64,000 bases of DNA from positions 111,104,001-111,168,000 of the forward strand of contig OX597822.1 of NCBI GenBank assembly GCA_951406725.2. The letters are read 5' to 3'. Position numbers and translations under genes: made by a program. This DNA comes from Octopus vulgaris (lineage: Eukaryota). Below, one piece after another: positions 40,863-55,720 of the stretch (positions within the stretch are counted from its first letter, which is position 1; each line of letters starts with the position of its first letter). Below the pieces are notes generated by a model. It was not told the DNA's origin and made no database searches. It was given only the letters and a program-made list of their open reading frames with translations.

Positions 40863-41289
40863 AAGTGATTATATATAACAAGCGTATATATTCTTAGATT
40901 TGTTTTGGTCACTTAACAGGTTTCGCTATTGAATGCTAACAGATGTAATTTTCTCTCTGCTTGTACAAAGAACCAGACATATGCTACTCGAAATTCAGAG
41001 TCATAAGACTCTTAACATTTAACATACATCAGTTGAGAACTAAGATTAACCGACAGCGAAATATGTAAAGTGATCATCCGAAATTCTCTTTCTCTCAATA
41101 GATATGTTGTATGCATCCCATTACATATTCTTTATATATATTCACACGACCGCACACATTCACAGACACACACACGCACGCACACAAATACATCAATATA
41201 CACATTTACAAAAGAGCTACTAATTGCTGGATATACGTGATTCGACGGAAAATTCCATAGGCTTACCAATAAACTCTCATGGAATGTGA

Positions 41290-41600
41290 CCAAATCAGGT
41301 TTATTTTTCAATATAATTCCCTTTGCGCTCCGTACACTTCTTCCATCGGTGTTGTAAGCATAGAATCCCACTGTTTGGTAAAAAAAAAATATGTCATATA
41401 GAATAGATATGGCTTCATCATCACTGCATTACTTGTTCTCAACCAGGTTTTTTTTTATGTTGGGGAACGGATGATAGTCCGATGGGGTCAAATCAGGAGA
41501 AAAGGTGATCAATCAGTTCAAAGCCAGAGTCACGAACAACAGCTATTGAAATCATGGACTCGTGTACTAACATGCCATGTGTCTCCAAGCAGTGTGTCAT
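41290..41600 (-). mobile_element. Highly decayed mariner 3' fragment
   Basis: Minus strand near 41470-41500 encodes PDLTPSDYH. Confidence 0.55.
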
Positions 41601-41864
41601 GCTAAGTTCATAACGCTAAATGTATTCAAATATCAGGACGATGGAGAACGCGAAAAACGTGAGAAATACGGGACGAAAATTTAAACTAACAGTAAAATAC
41701 GCCCGGAAGGTTGATGCTAAAAGTGTAACGAGAGGAAAGAAAGATAAGCAAACCAATATCTTGATCCTCTTTGACTGCAAAATCAATCATTGATCTTGAT
41801 ACACCAGAATATATAACAAAAAGGAGGCGAACGTCTTGCCAGTCAATCAGGAGCGGGTGGTCTT

Positions 41865-42240
41865 CCTCACTTTGACAAAAGAAATTTGCCCATGTGTTTG
41901 CATTTGCTAAAATTTCAGATACGCACTTAGGTAGTGTGGCGGAATTTTTGGACCTAAAAAGGATGTCCGATGTCTCAGCTACGCACAACTTGCATTTCTT
42001 TATCTATTTACACATAGCATAGATTTATCCATGATTCTCCACTTGATTGCATGTGATGTGCAATTCGCGTTTACATCCCATACATGACTAATCAACTTAT
42101 GTTTATCAACAGGGCGGAAGGCGGATTGGTGGTTTGCATAACGGCTTTTAAATTTTCCATCGCATAAATGGATGTAATTTTTCTTCTCGATTATGTTGCC
42201 TTGGAACATTGCTGTAACTTCGACATCATAAATGTATGGG
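41865..42240 (-). mobile_element. Decayed Penelope-like GIY-YIG endonuclease fragment
   Basis: NYIHLCDGKFKSRYANHQSAFR...SHVWDV...IKWRIMDK...CKLCVAE...SKCKHMGKFLL; same motif order as the PLE peptide at 2661-2861. Confidence 0.75.
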
Positions 42241-45200
42241 AACAGGTAGATAACTCCTCAAACGTGTTCCTACCTTGATCGGCGTCATAAGCACTACAGC
42301 GGCTTTATCAACTATCGACTATAAAGGAAATAAACCACTGTCTCTTTATTTTGGTTAATACAAATACATTTATATAATCATGCATGTTTCTTCCTGTTTA
42401 TATAAACCTATGTTCGTTTTATTAGTTGAGATAATCTTCTATTCTATATTTTAAGATCTTTCAAAACCTAGCATCAAAACTAATTGGATATCGTGAATGA
42501 GAGCTATAGATTTTCCACTCGTTTCATTTTCTGAAGACATCAAATATGATTTGTTTGTTGTTCGTTTTCACCAATAATTCAAAATGGTGTACAATATAAA
42601 TTATTACAGTTAATGATATTAGTTTCTATTCAATAAATTCTATTGATTTTTCTAGATATTCACATACAAGTTTGCTGTATTTTCATCCTTAATTACCGCA
42701 TTAGATGAAATATTTGCAGTATGTTATTAACAAAACCGAACATCTATTAACTATATGCACAAAAAAAGTTTCAAAATATTGATATTAACGTTCATAATTT
42801 AATATAATATAATGAATTGTTATTTTTAACAGGACTGCTTGTTTTAACACTATCGCATGAAATTGTAGGCTGTGGAAATAATATTTATTCTGTAAATAAC
42901 AGATGGTTTTGCACATAATTAAAATATGTTTGAATATAAGATAATGACATATACAAGCACTCAGATAAACTTCCATACATAAACGTACATGTGTGTGCCT
43001 CTGTGTGTATGCGCGTTTTCGTGTGTATGTGTTTGTGAGAGTGTGAGTATATGTGTGAGTGTGTGTATGCATGTGAGTGAGTCTCTGTGTAACAGGCTTG
43101 ATAACTACTTCTGTAAATTCAGACCATTTTATCATGTTAGTTGACAAACGACGTTAGCATATGTGTGACAATATTTCAAGTTCAAAATACACTTTAAAAG
43201 ACTTTTATATTGATATTCTACAAAAGAATTTGTCTGAAATTTTGACTAAGTAATATGTATAAACAAAGGAACTGCAATAGTAACTACAGTGGCCGCAAAG
43301 TACGCAAGGTAGAAGTATATGAAAGATCCAGGTAGAAATACGAAAAATGTTTTCATAATCAGCTGAAGTAGACTTGGAAAAGATATCTACACCACTGTTT
43401 CATCCAATGAGAAGAAGGTTTGGTTAGAATTTCTGAATTTAAAATTCTCATAAATAGTACCATTAGGAAATACAACAAACAGAAATTAATTTTGTCAGAT
43501 ATATTAGTCATAAAACAAGAATTTATGATTTACACAAAACTGTATTATGTACCGACAGACAGGAGACATTATTTTTTTTTAGATCATGCAGCACACAAAG
43601 AGAAACAACGAGTATCAATATCCTGTACGATATAGATAAAAGATTATGCGACATTGTGTCAAATCCGAACATGTGAAAGGAAAGAACAAAAGAACGAAAG
43701 AGCAAAAGCAAAATAATCCGGATTGGAAGACGGTATCCACCATCCATCATTATTTAGCAATGTGAAGCGTAGAGACAATCGATGTCAGTGAATTAAGAAA
43801 TGGGACCCTAGCAGAAACAAATGTTTCAGCATGCATCCAAGTCCATTGACACGTAAATATTGAGGCCTTTACAGTAATTAATCAAACCTCATCACTCATA
43901 AAACCTGAATATATAAAATAAATAAGTTCTTATGACTTTCTCAACACTTAAGTTATGTCATAATATACTGTGCGTATGGTGAGAATTATATTGGCCAGAC
44001 AGGCATGCTTCCTAGACTAAGAATAATGGTTCGTCGACTACAAATCCGAACACTAGAAAACTTCGACTTAGTGGGAATTTAAATAGCATAAGTTGTTGGC
44101 TATCAATTTTTTCCATTATAACAATGTGCAGAAAATATGACACTAACAAAGAATAAATAGGGAAATATTTATTTCTTAATATATAACTAAAGTTTAAATG
44201 GTAAATGAAATACTGATAAATATGTTTTTAATATATCCATTAACATTCATAAAAAATATTTACCTGCACATTTTCTAATAACTAAGATATAAAAAATTAC
44301 ATACCTACTCAAAGCGGATCTATTAATACAAAATATTGCCTCACTTAGTATCTAGTGAATCTAAGACTAGGCAATCTCCAAAGGAAACCCTATATATTAA
44401 CTGAGGAATAGTAGCCAAACATGAAACACGTGCATTGAAATGAATATTTTTTAATGAGAAGTGAAACAGGTTTGTAATAATGTACGTTGGAATATTTGAT
44501 TATGTAATTTTGTCATTATGCACTTTGGAGTGTCTAGTGGGAATTTTAAAATAATTTAAATGTGAAAATATACATCGAAATTAATTAACTGTAGTAGGAA
44601 AGGAATAGTGTATTTTCGTTTTTATTATTACTTTTCAATATACGCACAAACACAAACATATATAAATTCGTTTTCAGGATAATTAACTGATACATACATA
44701 CATGCATGCATTCATAATACATATATTTAATTAGATACTGTGATACATACGTAGAGAAGAAAACCTTTAAAATATTCAGCCGATGAACATGTGTGTATTA
44801 CCATATATATATATATTTGTGTGTGTGTGTGCGTTGTGTGTGTATGTGTGTGCGCGTATGTGTATGTGTGTGTGCGTGCGTGTGTGTATGTGTGTATGTT
44901 TACAGAACAAAATTACAAGAAGTACAAGATATGTGGTCGGTATTCTGGAATCGAGTAGGGTCTCTAAAGATTGTATTATTGCTAAGAGATGGGTTGATGT
45001 GGAGTTCAGTTGAATATATCATAGGGTCGACTGTCAGAGGATCACCCTAAACTCCACCCCGATTCAGTAATACCAATCATAATGTAACCAGCATGATCAC
45101 ATATAACAGCAGTGACAACCCCTCCCCCTTAGTCCAACACAGTGATGATAAAACGTACGGTACTTCTTAACAGGTAAGCGATCATACATTCTCCGTCATG

Positions 45201-47255
45201 ACAATGCCTCAGATGTAATCCTTTCTTGTAAGCACTAATTTTTTTCATCGTTTGCCCATTGCGTCTAGTCTATATATTTTCCCTAATTACAATTCATCCT
45301 TACATTACAACTTAACCATGTTAGCAGCATAACCCTCATACTTATACTTCTCCCTATATATATATATATATATATATATAACGTATTTTATCAACACATC
45401 AACACGCCCAGCAACAGCGCCACTCTACTCATTCCAATCCTTCCCACTCAAGGCAACGAGGTTCCAGCAGTTGAAATTCTGTGTTAGAGCTATTAAACTA
45501 TCATTAAGTATATACTCGAACGTTATTTTTTGCTTTAGATATAGTGTGGTGTAGAATGCCACCATAAACCTCTCATTACTATTTACGACATCAAGGCGAT
45601 GAACAGGCAGGGGGGTTGGTGCTATTTCTACGGGTAATTCATTTTTCAAGTTCAAATACCATGTAGTTCCACTTTCACTGTCATCCATTGTAGGTCGATT
45701 AAACATAGTACCAATCAAGTACTGGAATCAATGTCATCGATTTCTCCTACCTCTATATCGAAGGCCTTGCGCCTAGATTAGTAAGAATTATTTTTCATGC
45801 ATTCCATATTAGTAGAATTGGCTGCTATTTGTAGCAAATTGTGTAACGCCTAAATTATTTGCTTTTGGTCCCCTGAAGTCCTAGTTTTTACCTAACTACA
45901 TCGAAACATGCAACACTACATATCGTTAAAAAAATAAACTGCTCTGATCTTGAATAAAGTACTTGAAAAATACAGTATTGTGAAAATTAATGTATATTGA
46001 TATTACTTTAAGAAATTCTCTTCATGTTCTATCTTTCATATATATCACACAGCCAACAGCAAAATCAATCCTTGTTAATCAGACCTTTATAAATCATCTA
46101 TGATTATAATTATTATTTCGGTTACAGATGAATTTACAAGCTAAATATATTTAATATCAAAAATTATATTACGAGCAGTCTAAAACTTGTAATTGAAGGA
46201 AGATTAATTTCTTTGGTTTGAAGGTAGCAATTTGATGTGCATAGATAGTGTAATAATATATACAGAGGAAATGGAAAGGGGGAGGGATGGAAGGGAAACG
46301 TACATTGTGTAACGATGCGATTAATGTTCTTGATATGGGCAATTGCCAACACTTATACATTAAAATATATACATCGATACACACGTACAAACCTACACAG
46401 GATAATTACATATCTATATATATGTGTGTGTGTGTGTGCATACTTCTGTACCTTTATACATAAGTACGTACATATAATATATAACACTTTTTAAATGCAT
46501 CACCACAGATTTCTATAGAAACTAGAGCCGAGCCAGCACTGAAAGTTACAATGTTTCGTATGCGAATACGTCTATGTAAACAAAGTGATTGAAGATACAA
46601 AATAAGCATATCCAACCCATTAACCATTTTCGAACTTATTGCTTTAATTGCCAACAAACGGAGCGGTGTAACACAGTTGGGTAAACCAATTTACATATTA
46701 AACACATTCCTGACAACTGGTACGTATATATTAATTACTGGTAGAGACACCCTACTCCGTTATGCAGCCTTAATATACTATCAAGAATATTAAATGCTAC
46801 CCCCGTGTTAGCATTGTTATTCAATGAATTTTGAAGTAACCTCTACAGATTTTCTTTGCACTACATCCAACCCATTAAACTTCAACAAACACATTGGTTA
46901 GATAACCATCAAATTTAGCGTGTAACAGAATTGGATATAAGAATTTTACGTATTAAGCACATTCCTGCCAAATGGTACGTGCATATTAATTGCTGATACA
47001 CGCATAGACACGTGCTCATATATATTGCTTTCAATAGAATCCAACGATATTGGGGAGGATATAATTTCTGGGATATTTGTTCAGGTTTTCTGCGTTCTTA
47101 CATCATTTCCTGTAATAGTGGGTCTTGTAGTGAATCGGTTCAATGATCCGGTGTTGAACAAATGATTACAATGTCGGAATGGATCTGTGCACTTTCAAGT
47201 GCAATTAACCGCTCCTGCCAATAACATAAATATTCTGTTTTTTCTTTTCCTTTTT

Positions 47256-47595
47256 TTATTTGTTTCAGTCATTTGACTGCGGCGATGCTGGAGCACCGCT
47301 TTTAGTCGAACAAATCGACCCTAGGACTTATTCTTTGTAAGCCTAGTACTTATTCTATCGGCACTCTTTTGCCGAAGAGCTAAGTTACGGAGCCGTAGAC
47401 ACGCCACCATCGGTTGTCAAAGGATGATGTGGGGACAAACACACACACACACATCTACCAAATCTACTCACAAGGCGTTGGCTGGCCCGCGGCTATAGTA
47501 GAAAACACTTGCTCAAGGTGCCAAGCAATGGGACTGAACCCGGAACCATGTGGTTGGTAAGCAAGCTACTTACCACACAGCCACTCCTGCGCCTA
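47256..47595 (-). mobile_element. SINE family A with an internal deletion
   Basis: Homology to other copies. Confidence 0.85.
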
Positions 47596-49132
47596 TGATA
47601 TCAACGATTTTTGTGTAAAAATCCTTATGATAAATGTGTATATATATATATGTGTATATATATATAATTATATATACATACATATATAAAAGAATACAAA
47701 AAAATGGGACAAGAACGCAACAGGCGACACAAAAGCATCCAGACAGTTAGATGATGCAAAAAGGGACAAGAAAAAATAAGGACGGGTCATTCGGAGTTTT
47801 CTTTAGTCAGTAGAGATCCAGATTATCTTTGCAGTTTCACCTGGTTATGCTCGAGATTGCTCCAATCCGGCCAGCCCCAATGGAAATTTCAGCTAAGAGC
47901 AAAAGATTCCTTGGAAGAAAGCAGCGAATATATACAAAGACAAGGACGGAAAATAAACGGAGACATGGTACATGCATACAAATGCAAACAACAGGACATA
48001 ACAACAGGTGTCTTTCGACTAAGGACGAATTCAATTAAGCTGGCGTGTGTGGAAGCGAAGCCTTACAACAGGGACATAAGAGATGACAGGCATGAAAAGG
48101 ATTATAGATGTTGCACGGATGGTAGTCGAACCAAGAAAGAAAGGTCAGGCTTGACCAAACACCGGTCACGTGGAACTAGGGGAGAGAGGTAGAGGCAGAG
48201 GGATAGAAGAATTAGGGAGGGACGAGAAAAAAAGAAAAGGGACAGAGTGAAGTGAAAGGAGGGAAGGTGAGAATGAAGGGAAGGCCAGGAAATGTGAGAG
48301 AGGGGGAGAAGCTTTAATCTTATATCTGTGAATTGTTGCAATCATTAGAATGCAGCGAATGTTAGGCACGATCTTGTGGGATTTTGGTCTAAAGGTTCGA
48401 CCTCAGTATTTATTTAATCCAGGTCCGTTTTCTATAGGCTTCTTTTGCAGAACCGAGCAAACACACACACATACTCACACGCACACACACGCACACACAC
48501 GCACGCACACACGCACACACACAAACACATACGCACATGCACACAGATATATACGATTGGTTTCAATCAGCTTCCGTCTACCAAATTCACTCTACAAGAA
48601 ATTGGTTAGCCCAAGGCTATAGAAGCAGACACATGCTGACAACGCTGTAGAGCCACTTAATATCACAAGAAACTGAGAAATATAATTTTCCAATTTCAGA
48701 TTGATTCAGATTAAAATTTAGATTATTTCGTGACATACTAAAATTATTGTAGTACGACTGTACCTGGTCACTAATGGTGCACATGCAACCTGCCACTTCT
48801 TATAGGTCCAACATTTACTTTATTTATTCGTTATGTGTTATCTTTCGTTTGTCTTGACTTTCATTCTTCTACTGACTTCAGTTACGCGTTTTTGCATTAA
48901 TAATACGTACTGGCTTTGAACAGCAAGCTATCATGTTCGCTGTCCCATCCCGAATCGTTTTCTTTTCACATCGACCGATTTGCTTTCTCACAACTATTAT
49001 CCCTCCAAACCAATTTTATTAGTTTTCAAATTCAAAATTGTATATAAAATGTTTTTATGTGGTTTAATGTCAGAAATCAGATTTCTGCACAATATTTTAA
49101 CGACTACAAAGATTAAAAAGTAAAAATAATAT

Positions 49133-49539
49133 ACTCTTTTTTTACTTGTTTCAGTCATTTGACTGCGGCCATGCTGGAGCACCGCCTTTAGTCGAGCAAA
49201 TCGACCCCGGGACTTATTCTTTGTAAGCCCAGTACTTATTCTATCGGTCTCTTTTGCCGAACCGCTAAGTTACGGGGACGTAAACACACCAGCATCGGTT
49301 GTCAAGCAATGCTAGGGGAACAAACACAGACACAGAAACATATTCACACACACTTATATATATATACATATATACGACAGGCTTCTTTCAGTTTCCGTCT
49401 ACCAAATCCACTCACAAGGCATTGGTCGGCCCGGGGCTATAGCAGAAGACACGTGCCCAAGATGCCACGCAGTGGGACTGAACCCGGAACTATGTGGTTG
49501 GTTAGCAAGCTACTTACCAAACAGCCACTCCTGCGCCTA
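49133..49539 (-). mobile_element. SINE family A
   Basis: Homology to other copies. Confidence 0.9.
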
Positions 49540-49657
49540 TGATTGACAAACAAACAATGTTGAGAAATTTAAAAGTGACTAATTGTTCTTACTTCTCTGA
49601 TAAACATAATCATATATTATTTTTATACTAATATATGTAAGCATACACGCACTCATA

Positions 49658-49769
49658 CCTATTTCTTTGCTAACCAGAAGGGGCTAAACACAGAGAGGAC
49701 ATCGACCCCAGTGCGTAACTTGTACTTAATTTATCGACCCCGAAAGGATGAAAGGCAAAGTCAACCTCG
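49658..49769 (-). mobile_element. SINE family B fragment
   Basis: ATCGACCCCGAAAGGATGAAAGGCAAAGTC segment. Confidence 0.75.
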
Positions 49770-50369
49770 CACACATAGATGTGTGTGTGTGCCTCTGTGT
49801 GTGTGTGTGTGTTTGTGCATGTTTGTGTATTAAGGCTACCATTGTTTCATGTTACGGAATACTTCAACAATTATCAAGCCTGCCACATGCTACATCTGTG
49901 TTCATCTCCATTTTGGATCGTTGACTTATTCCTTAACATGAAACAGATATTAACCTTAACAAACAGAGAATACCTATCCATCAATGCGGTGTTGATCACT
50001 AGTTCTCATCGTTCGATATTTACGTATCTCTCTCTTTATATTCTCGTGGCGTCTCTTATATTCCCCTCTGAGCTAGTGACGTGCATTAGCTGGTAATATG
50101 CCATACGGTTTCACCATTTTGTCCACAGATTCTGCACTCATCACTTTCTGCTGTGTTGTCTATTCTGTATTTTATGTAGTTTGTTCTTACTGCTTGCTCT
50201 TGGGCAGCACAGATTAGAGCCTCCGTTTCCGGTTTAAATTACTTTAGTCATCCACAGGTGTGTGCACTTGTGTATGCATATATATTTTTATGTATTTATT
50301 TAATTATTGCAGCAGTTCACACACACAAACGCACACAAGCACGCACATAGTTTAACTAACCTAAAGTTC

Positions 50370-50411
<42 letters not shown>

Positions 50412-50480
50412 ATATAAACGGCAGTTTGTCTGTGCGTGTTTCTGTGTGTCTGTTTGTTGTATACCCGTCCACGGCTTTCA

Positions 50481-50549
<69 letters not shown>

Positions 50550-50610
50550 CGCCATGATCGATCGTTAGCCACTACACACATTTTTTTCTCTCCTTGTTTT
50601 TTCTGTGTCC

Positions 50611-50646
50611 CTTTCTGTAGAAGAGCGTAGGCTCGAAACGTAAAAG
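50611..50646 (+). ncRNA. Minimal hammerhead-like motif (A6U) in a ~190-bp element between (TA)n tracts
   Basis: CTTT CTGTAGA A GAGC GTAG GCTC GAA ACGT A AAAG. Confidence 0.55.
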
Positions 50647-50733
50647 ACTTTTCTATTCCTGAGCGTTATACTAATACGTCTGTTTGTTTTGTACACCACC
50701 TGTCTTCGTCTTTTTGGTTTTTTCGTAAACTCT

Positions 50734-50771
<38 letters not shown>

Positions 50772-50799
50772 TAATAATAATAATAATAATAATAATAAT

Positions 50800-51258
50800 A
50801 TTCTGTGAGACTTTCCAGTACATACAGACCGAACCATCAAAGCCAATGAACCGGATATTGTTGTGAAAGACCAAAACAATAAAGTTTGCTTATTGATCGA
50901 CATGGCCATCCCCTGTGATCATAATATCTCGGCGAAAGAGTGTGACAAGCTCAGAAAATATAAAAACCTGCTGATGGGAACCGAAAATTATATGAGAATG
51001 ATCCCTGGCTCACCATTCCTGCAAGAAGTGCAACAGATTGCCTTAACTGGTACATCACACGTATTGAGAAGAGCTTTGTCGATGTGAGAACTATTACTAC
51101 CCATGTATTTTAATTTAACTTAAAAAAAAAAAATTAACGAACTAATGAGTTTAGTTAAATGGCCTACCAATGTATACTATGAGTTTCTTTGCCCTAGGAG
51201 TCGGGAAGACACTCGGCAATAAATGGAAGCAAATTTGAAAGAAGAAGAAAAAAAGATA
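50800..51258 (+). mobile_element. R4/Dong-like LINE 3' end (restriction-like endonuclease) inside (TAA)n
   Basis: DFPVHTDRTIKANEPDIVVKDQNNKVCLLIDMAIP...KLRKY (PD..D..K RLE motif), flanked by (TAA)n on both sides. Confidence 0.85.
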
Positions 51259-51272
51259 ACAACAACAACAAC

Positions 51273-51314
<42 letters not shown>

Positions 51315-51315
<1 letters not shown>

Positions 51316-52760
51316 TCATACCCACAAAGATGCAGCATTTAATTTATTAATAAGCATGCCAGAATCAACACTAAACTGGTTGCTGGAAAGACAGACCAGC
51401 CTAATTCCCAAAAACAAAGACACTTTACAACCACAAAATTATAGGCGAATCAACATTCTAAAAAAAAAACTCTCTCATCATTCTTGCATAACCAGGTTAT
51501 AATACATTCAAAGAACAAAAGGGGTGCCGGAGAGAGATATATGGTTGTAACGAGCAACGTCTAGTAAACCGAGCCATTATAGAGGATTGTAAAAGGAGAA
51601 AAAGAAACAAACCCGAACATGACTTGGATTGGTTACCAAAAAGCATTCAAGCGAATTCTACACTCGTGGATACTGGAATCTCTCTGCACAAATAAAGTAG
51701 ATCCAACACATCGAGCATGCAATCATGTAATGAAAAACTTGAAAAACTGGTACAACGTTGAAAAATTAAACACATGTCATTAAAACCTGCCCTATAACCA
51801 TGAGAAGGGAGATTTTCTAGGGGGACTTGTTGTAACCCTTGGTTTTCTGTATTTCCCTGTCCCCGCTAAAAGAAAATTGGGCTATAGATGCTATGAGCAG
51901 GCAATAAGCTATCTTTACATGGTTGATTTCAAAATTTTCACTAAATATACTATGGAACTAAGAAACCTAAAATGTTTCTATAGTTTCAGGCGAATAACAT
52001 GCCTATCAGCAAATATGTCAACGTGACCCTAAGAAGAAGGAAATTAATCAGAATTAAAAACACTGCACGCGACATAGACACAGAAATCAAAGAATTAGAC
52101 CACAATTATTCATACAAATATCTATGGATAGACGAAATCGCTAAAATACAACTCAGAAATGAAAGAGAAAACTAGGAGAGAGTATTACAGATGAGTTAGA
52201 CTAATATTAAAACTGAACTCAGTGCTAAAATTAACATAATAGGGATAAACATGCTAGCCATATCAGTCATAAGCTACAACGTCAAGATAATAAACTATAA
52301 GATAAGTGAATTGGGAAAATCAGATAAAAAAAAAACAGAAGACTATTAAGCGATGTCACCATCAAAAAGTAGACGCAGACAAAATATGTCTAAACCGCTC
52401 AGAAGCAGGCCGTGGCCTGAGAAAGATAGAGAACTATCATAAAATAACAACAGTTGAATTTGAAAAGTACTGACCACTACATGTAATAAAGCAACATGAG
52501 AAAGAGAAAACGCTTTTCTCTATACTCTAGGAAGCGACAAAATACAAAGCAGAAACAAACTACACTGATACACTGATCTCAGATGACAACACAGCAGATA
52601 AAAAAAGAGGAACATGAAAACATAACTACAAAACGTGCTAAAGAAATCTAGATAAAAATCACTCTATGAACAATACCCTGAGACTTAAGAGAGAGGAAGT
52701 GAGCCTACGTAAATCCAACAATGGCTCAAAGGCTGGAACGGAGGGATTGATTCTGGCTCA
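51315..52760 (+). mobile_element. Decayed R4/Dong-like reverse transcriptase fragment
   Basis: NMTWIGYQKAFKRILHSWILESL; IF*GDLL*PLVFCISLSPL; LYMVDFKIF; RSEAGRGL. Confidence 0.75.
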
Positions 52761-53741
52761 ATACTTCCACTTGTAACTTTAACATGCGTGATAAATGCCC
52801 ACTCCAAGTCGATTGTAGAAGAGTTACCGTACTTTATCTGTGTTCAGTACCAGACAAATATCAAAAACAAAAAAGCATACACTATGACTTGGTTCGTTAT
52901 TAAGTCGGGTCAGCTATAACAGGACCAAATTTCTCAATGCTGGTTATGCTTGAAAGCTTCTATACAAATACTGTCACCTGATCCAAAACAATTATTAATC
53001 AAACAGCATGACACATTCTCTTGCGTTTATAAATTCTTTAAGATATTTCGATTTTACCACAGATCTATATGCAGTAAGACGAATCCCTCTATTTCTCTTT
53101 TACACATTACTTTCACTGAAACATAGAAGAGATATGGCATAAGTTACTTAATTAAATTAGCATAATTACTTTATCACTATTCTCTTTTATTCTTGTTTTT
53201 ATTCATCATACAAGATTTAATTCCCATAGCAACCACTCACTGTATTTTTACTCTTCATCTAGACAATAATTTATATATTACCTATTCAAGGTAAACGCTA
53301 GTTGAATAAGATTTATTTGCTTTCTTTATTCAAGCTCTTCATTTACAGCAGTTTTTTCTTCGTTCTTGTTTTATCTTATTTTACTCGTTATACTGCAATT
53401 TAATTCGAAGCTAGAGATAACTTAATGCTATTCACTTTCACTGAGCTTACACTTTCAAAACTATTTTTATATTTTTATAGCTGACACCATTATAACTCGT
53501 TGAAGTCAACGCCTGATCCTCTTTACACGTCTACCGTATAGCTTACTTTCTATTACTTAGTATAACTCCTTCCACACCGTTCACCATGTTGGAATCATTA
53601 AGCTTAACTACTATTGCCTGAACACATTTTCTTCTTTGCTTACAACCCTCAAAATCTGCCTCACCTCTTTAGGCTGTCTGATAGCTGCAACCCATACTGG
53701 ACGTCACTACTGCTATTGTGTTGTATATATATTTGGTATAT

Positions 53742-53969
53742 ACTCTTACTCTCTTTACTCTTTTACTTGTTTCAGTCATTCGACTGCGGCTATTCTGGAG
53801 CACCGCCTTTAATCGAGCAACTCGATCCCGGGACTTATTCTTTTGTTAGCCCAGTACTTATTCTATCGGTCTCTTTTTGCCGAACCGCTAAGTGACGGGG
53901 ACATAAACACACCAGCATCGGTTGTCAAGCAATGCTAGAAGGACAAGCACAGACACACAAACATACACG

Positions 53970-54023
<54 letters not shown>

Positions 54024-54194
54024 TATATACGACGGGCTTCTTTCAGTTTCCGTCTACCAAACCCACTCACAAGGCTTTGGTCGGCCCGAGGCTATAGTAG
54101 AAGACACTTGCCAAAGATGCCACGCAGTGGGACTGAACCCGGAACCATGTGTTTGGTAAACAAGCTACTTACCACTCAGCCACTCCTGCGCCTA
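53742..54194 (-). mobile_element. SINE family A
   Basis: Homology to other copies. Confidence 0.9.
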
Positions 54195-54332
54195 TATATA
54201 CGTTTTATTTATTATTTTGCACATTACTTAATCAGCGGTATATTTTTTCTTATATTTCTGTTATATGTCATTTTCTAGATGGTGTAATTTATTTTTCCTT
54301 TTGAATTGATAAAAGGTGTTTTCTTACTAATT

Positions 54333-54367
<35 letters not shown>

Positions 54368-54773
54368 ATACAATACTAGTTCTACTTCTAATTAATATTT
54401 GAATTCATTCTTACGTATACATCGTCGAGGAATACCAGCAAATGCTTTTTACTCTATTTGTCTCCAGTTCTGTCCATGTAGGTGATGTTGATAAGCAACA
54501 AAAATGGCAAAACATCGATGTCCTTTACTCCCCAATGGAATTTGGGGAGAGCTGGCTCGCTTGTCTATGACTTTCGGGTTCTGTGACACTCGGCGCTTTG
54601 AGTGTGTGATCACCCATCGCACATAATCGCAGTCTATCGACAAACATGGTCGCCGCCCGTATTGAATATGTGTGTCCGATAATGTTTACAATACTAATGC
54701 TACTTCTAATTAATATATATATATAAATATATATATACATATATATATGTGTGTGTGTGTGTGTGTGTATATG

Positions 54774-54825
<52 letters not shown>

Positions 54826-55522
54826 TTTTTCGTGTAAGCATATCAATATTAGTAACCTAATTTTGAAATTCATTATTCATATACTTCAGAATAAATTGTC
54901 ATTTGCATACAGAACACAATACATAGTTACTTGAATGACACGTCAAAAGGAAATTGTGCAATTAAATTTATTAGCTTTCGGTTGTTTCTGCCAGAAGATG
55001 TAGTGCACACAGAGATGAGTGCACAGGCATTAACTTATAGTTTCCTAGGAGTTTCTAAAATGCACCTAGAAACTCTTCTGAATTAATTCCTAAGGTTGGC
55101 GTTTCTCTTCGAAAATAACGTCTCAATTTATAAATTTGTTTTCTGTTTTTATCAGATTTTCACACTCTCCCATTCTAGACTTGTATGCATCTGCGACAGA
55201 CAATGTAATAAACGTTTAACTATCTTAATTAAATATACAGAGGTTTCATAAATAATTTTAGTCTTGATGGGAGCATGATTTGCAATTTATATCAAATAGT
55301 GAGACAATATAATATTGCTACAATGTAGGAGAGTGTTATTCTTTATATTATGTAAAGTTTGGCAGTATACTTTTGCTGCAATAAGTACTATAGTGAATCA
55401 TTTCAATAAACTATAAACTATAATTTCAGTTTTATCAAATTTTGAGTTTTATACAAAATAGTGAATTGAATTCTAATTCTCAAAATTAAAATATTTGCTA
55501 CGTTGATCTTGAATAACACTAT

Positions 55523-55720
55523 GGCGACGAGCCGCCAGAATCATTAACTCACTGGGCAAGAAGATTAGCAGCATTCCGTACGTCTTTACTGTTGAGGTTG
55601 ACTTTGCTTTTCGACCTTACGGGATCAATAAAATAAATACCATTTGAACACTCAGGTCGATGTAATCGAAACCTCCCCTTCCCTAGAATTGCTTGACATC
55701 TGCCAAATTTTTGAAAGAAA
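55523..55720 (+). mobile_element. Old SINE family B-related copy
   Basis: GGCGACGAGCCGCCAGAATCATTA head; GAGGTTGACTTTGCTTTTC core. Confidence 0.6.

Noticed and set aside
47800-47875. Minus-strand CCGGATT...GAAA...AATCTGG hammerhead-like fold
   Set aside because: Stem I is plausible, but the core (TGGAGCA) and stems II/III do not fit.
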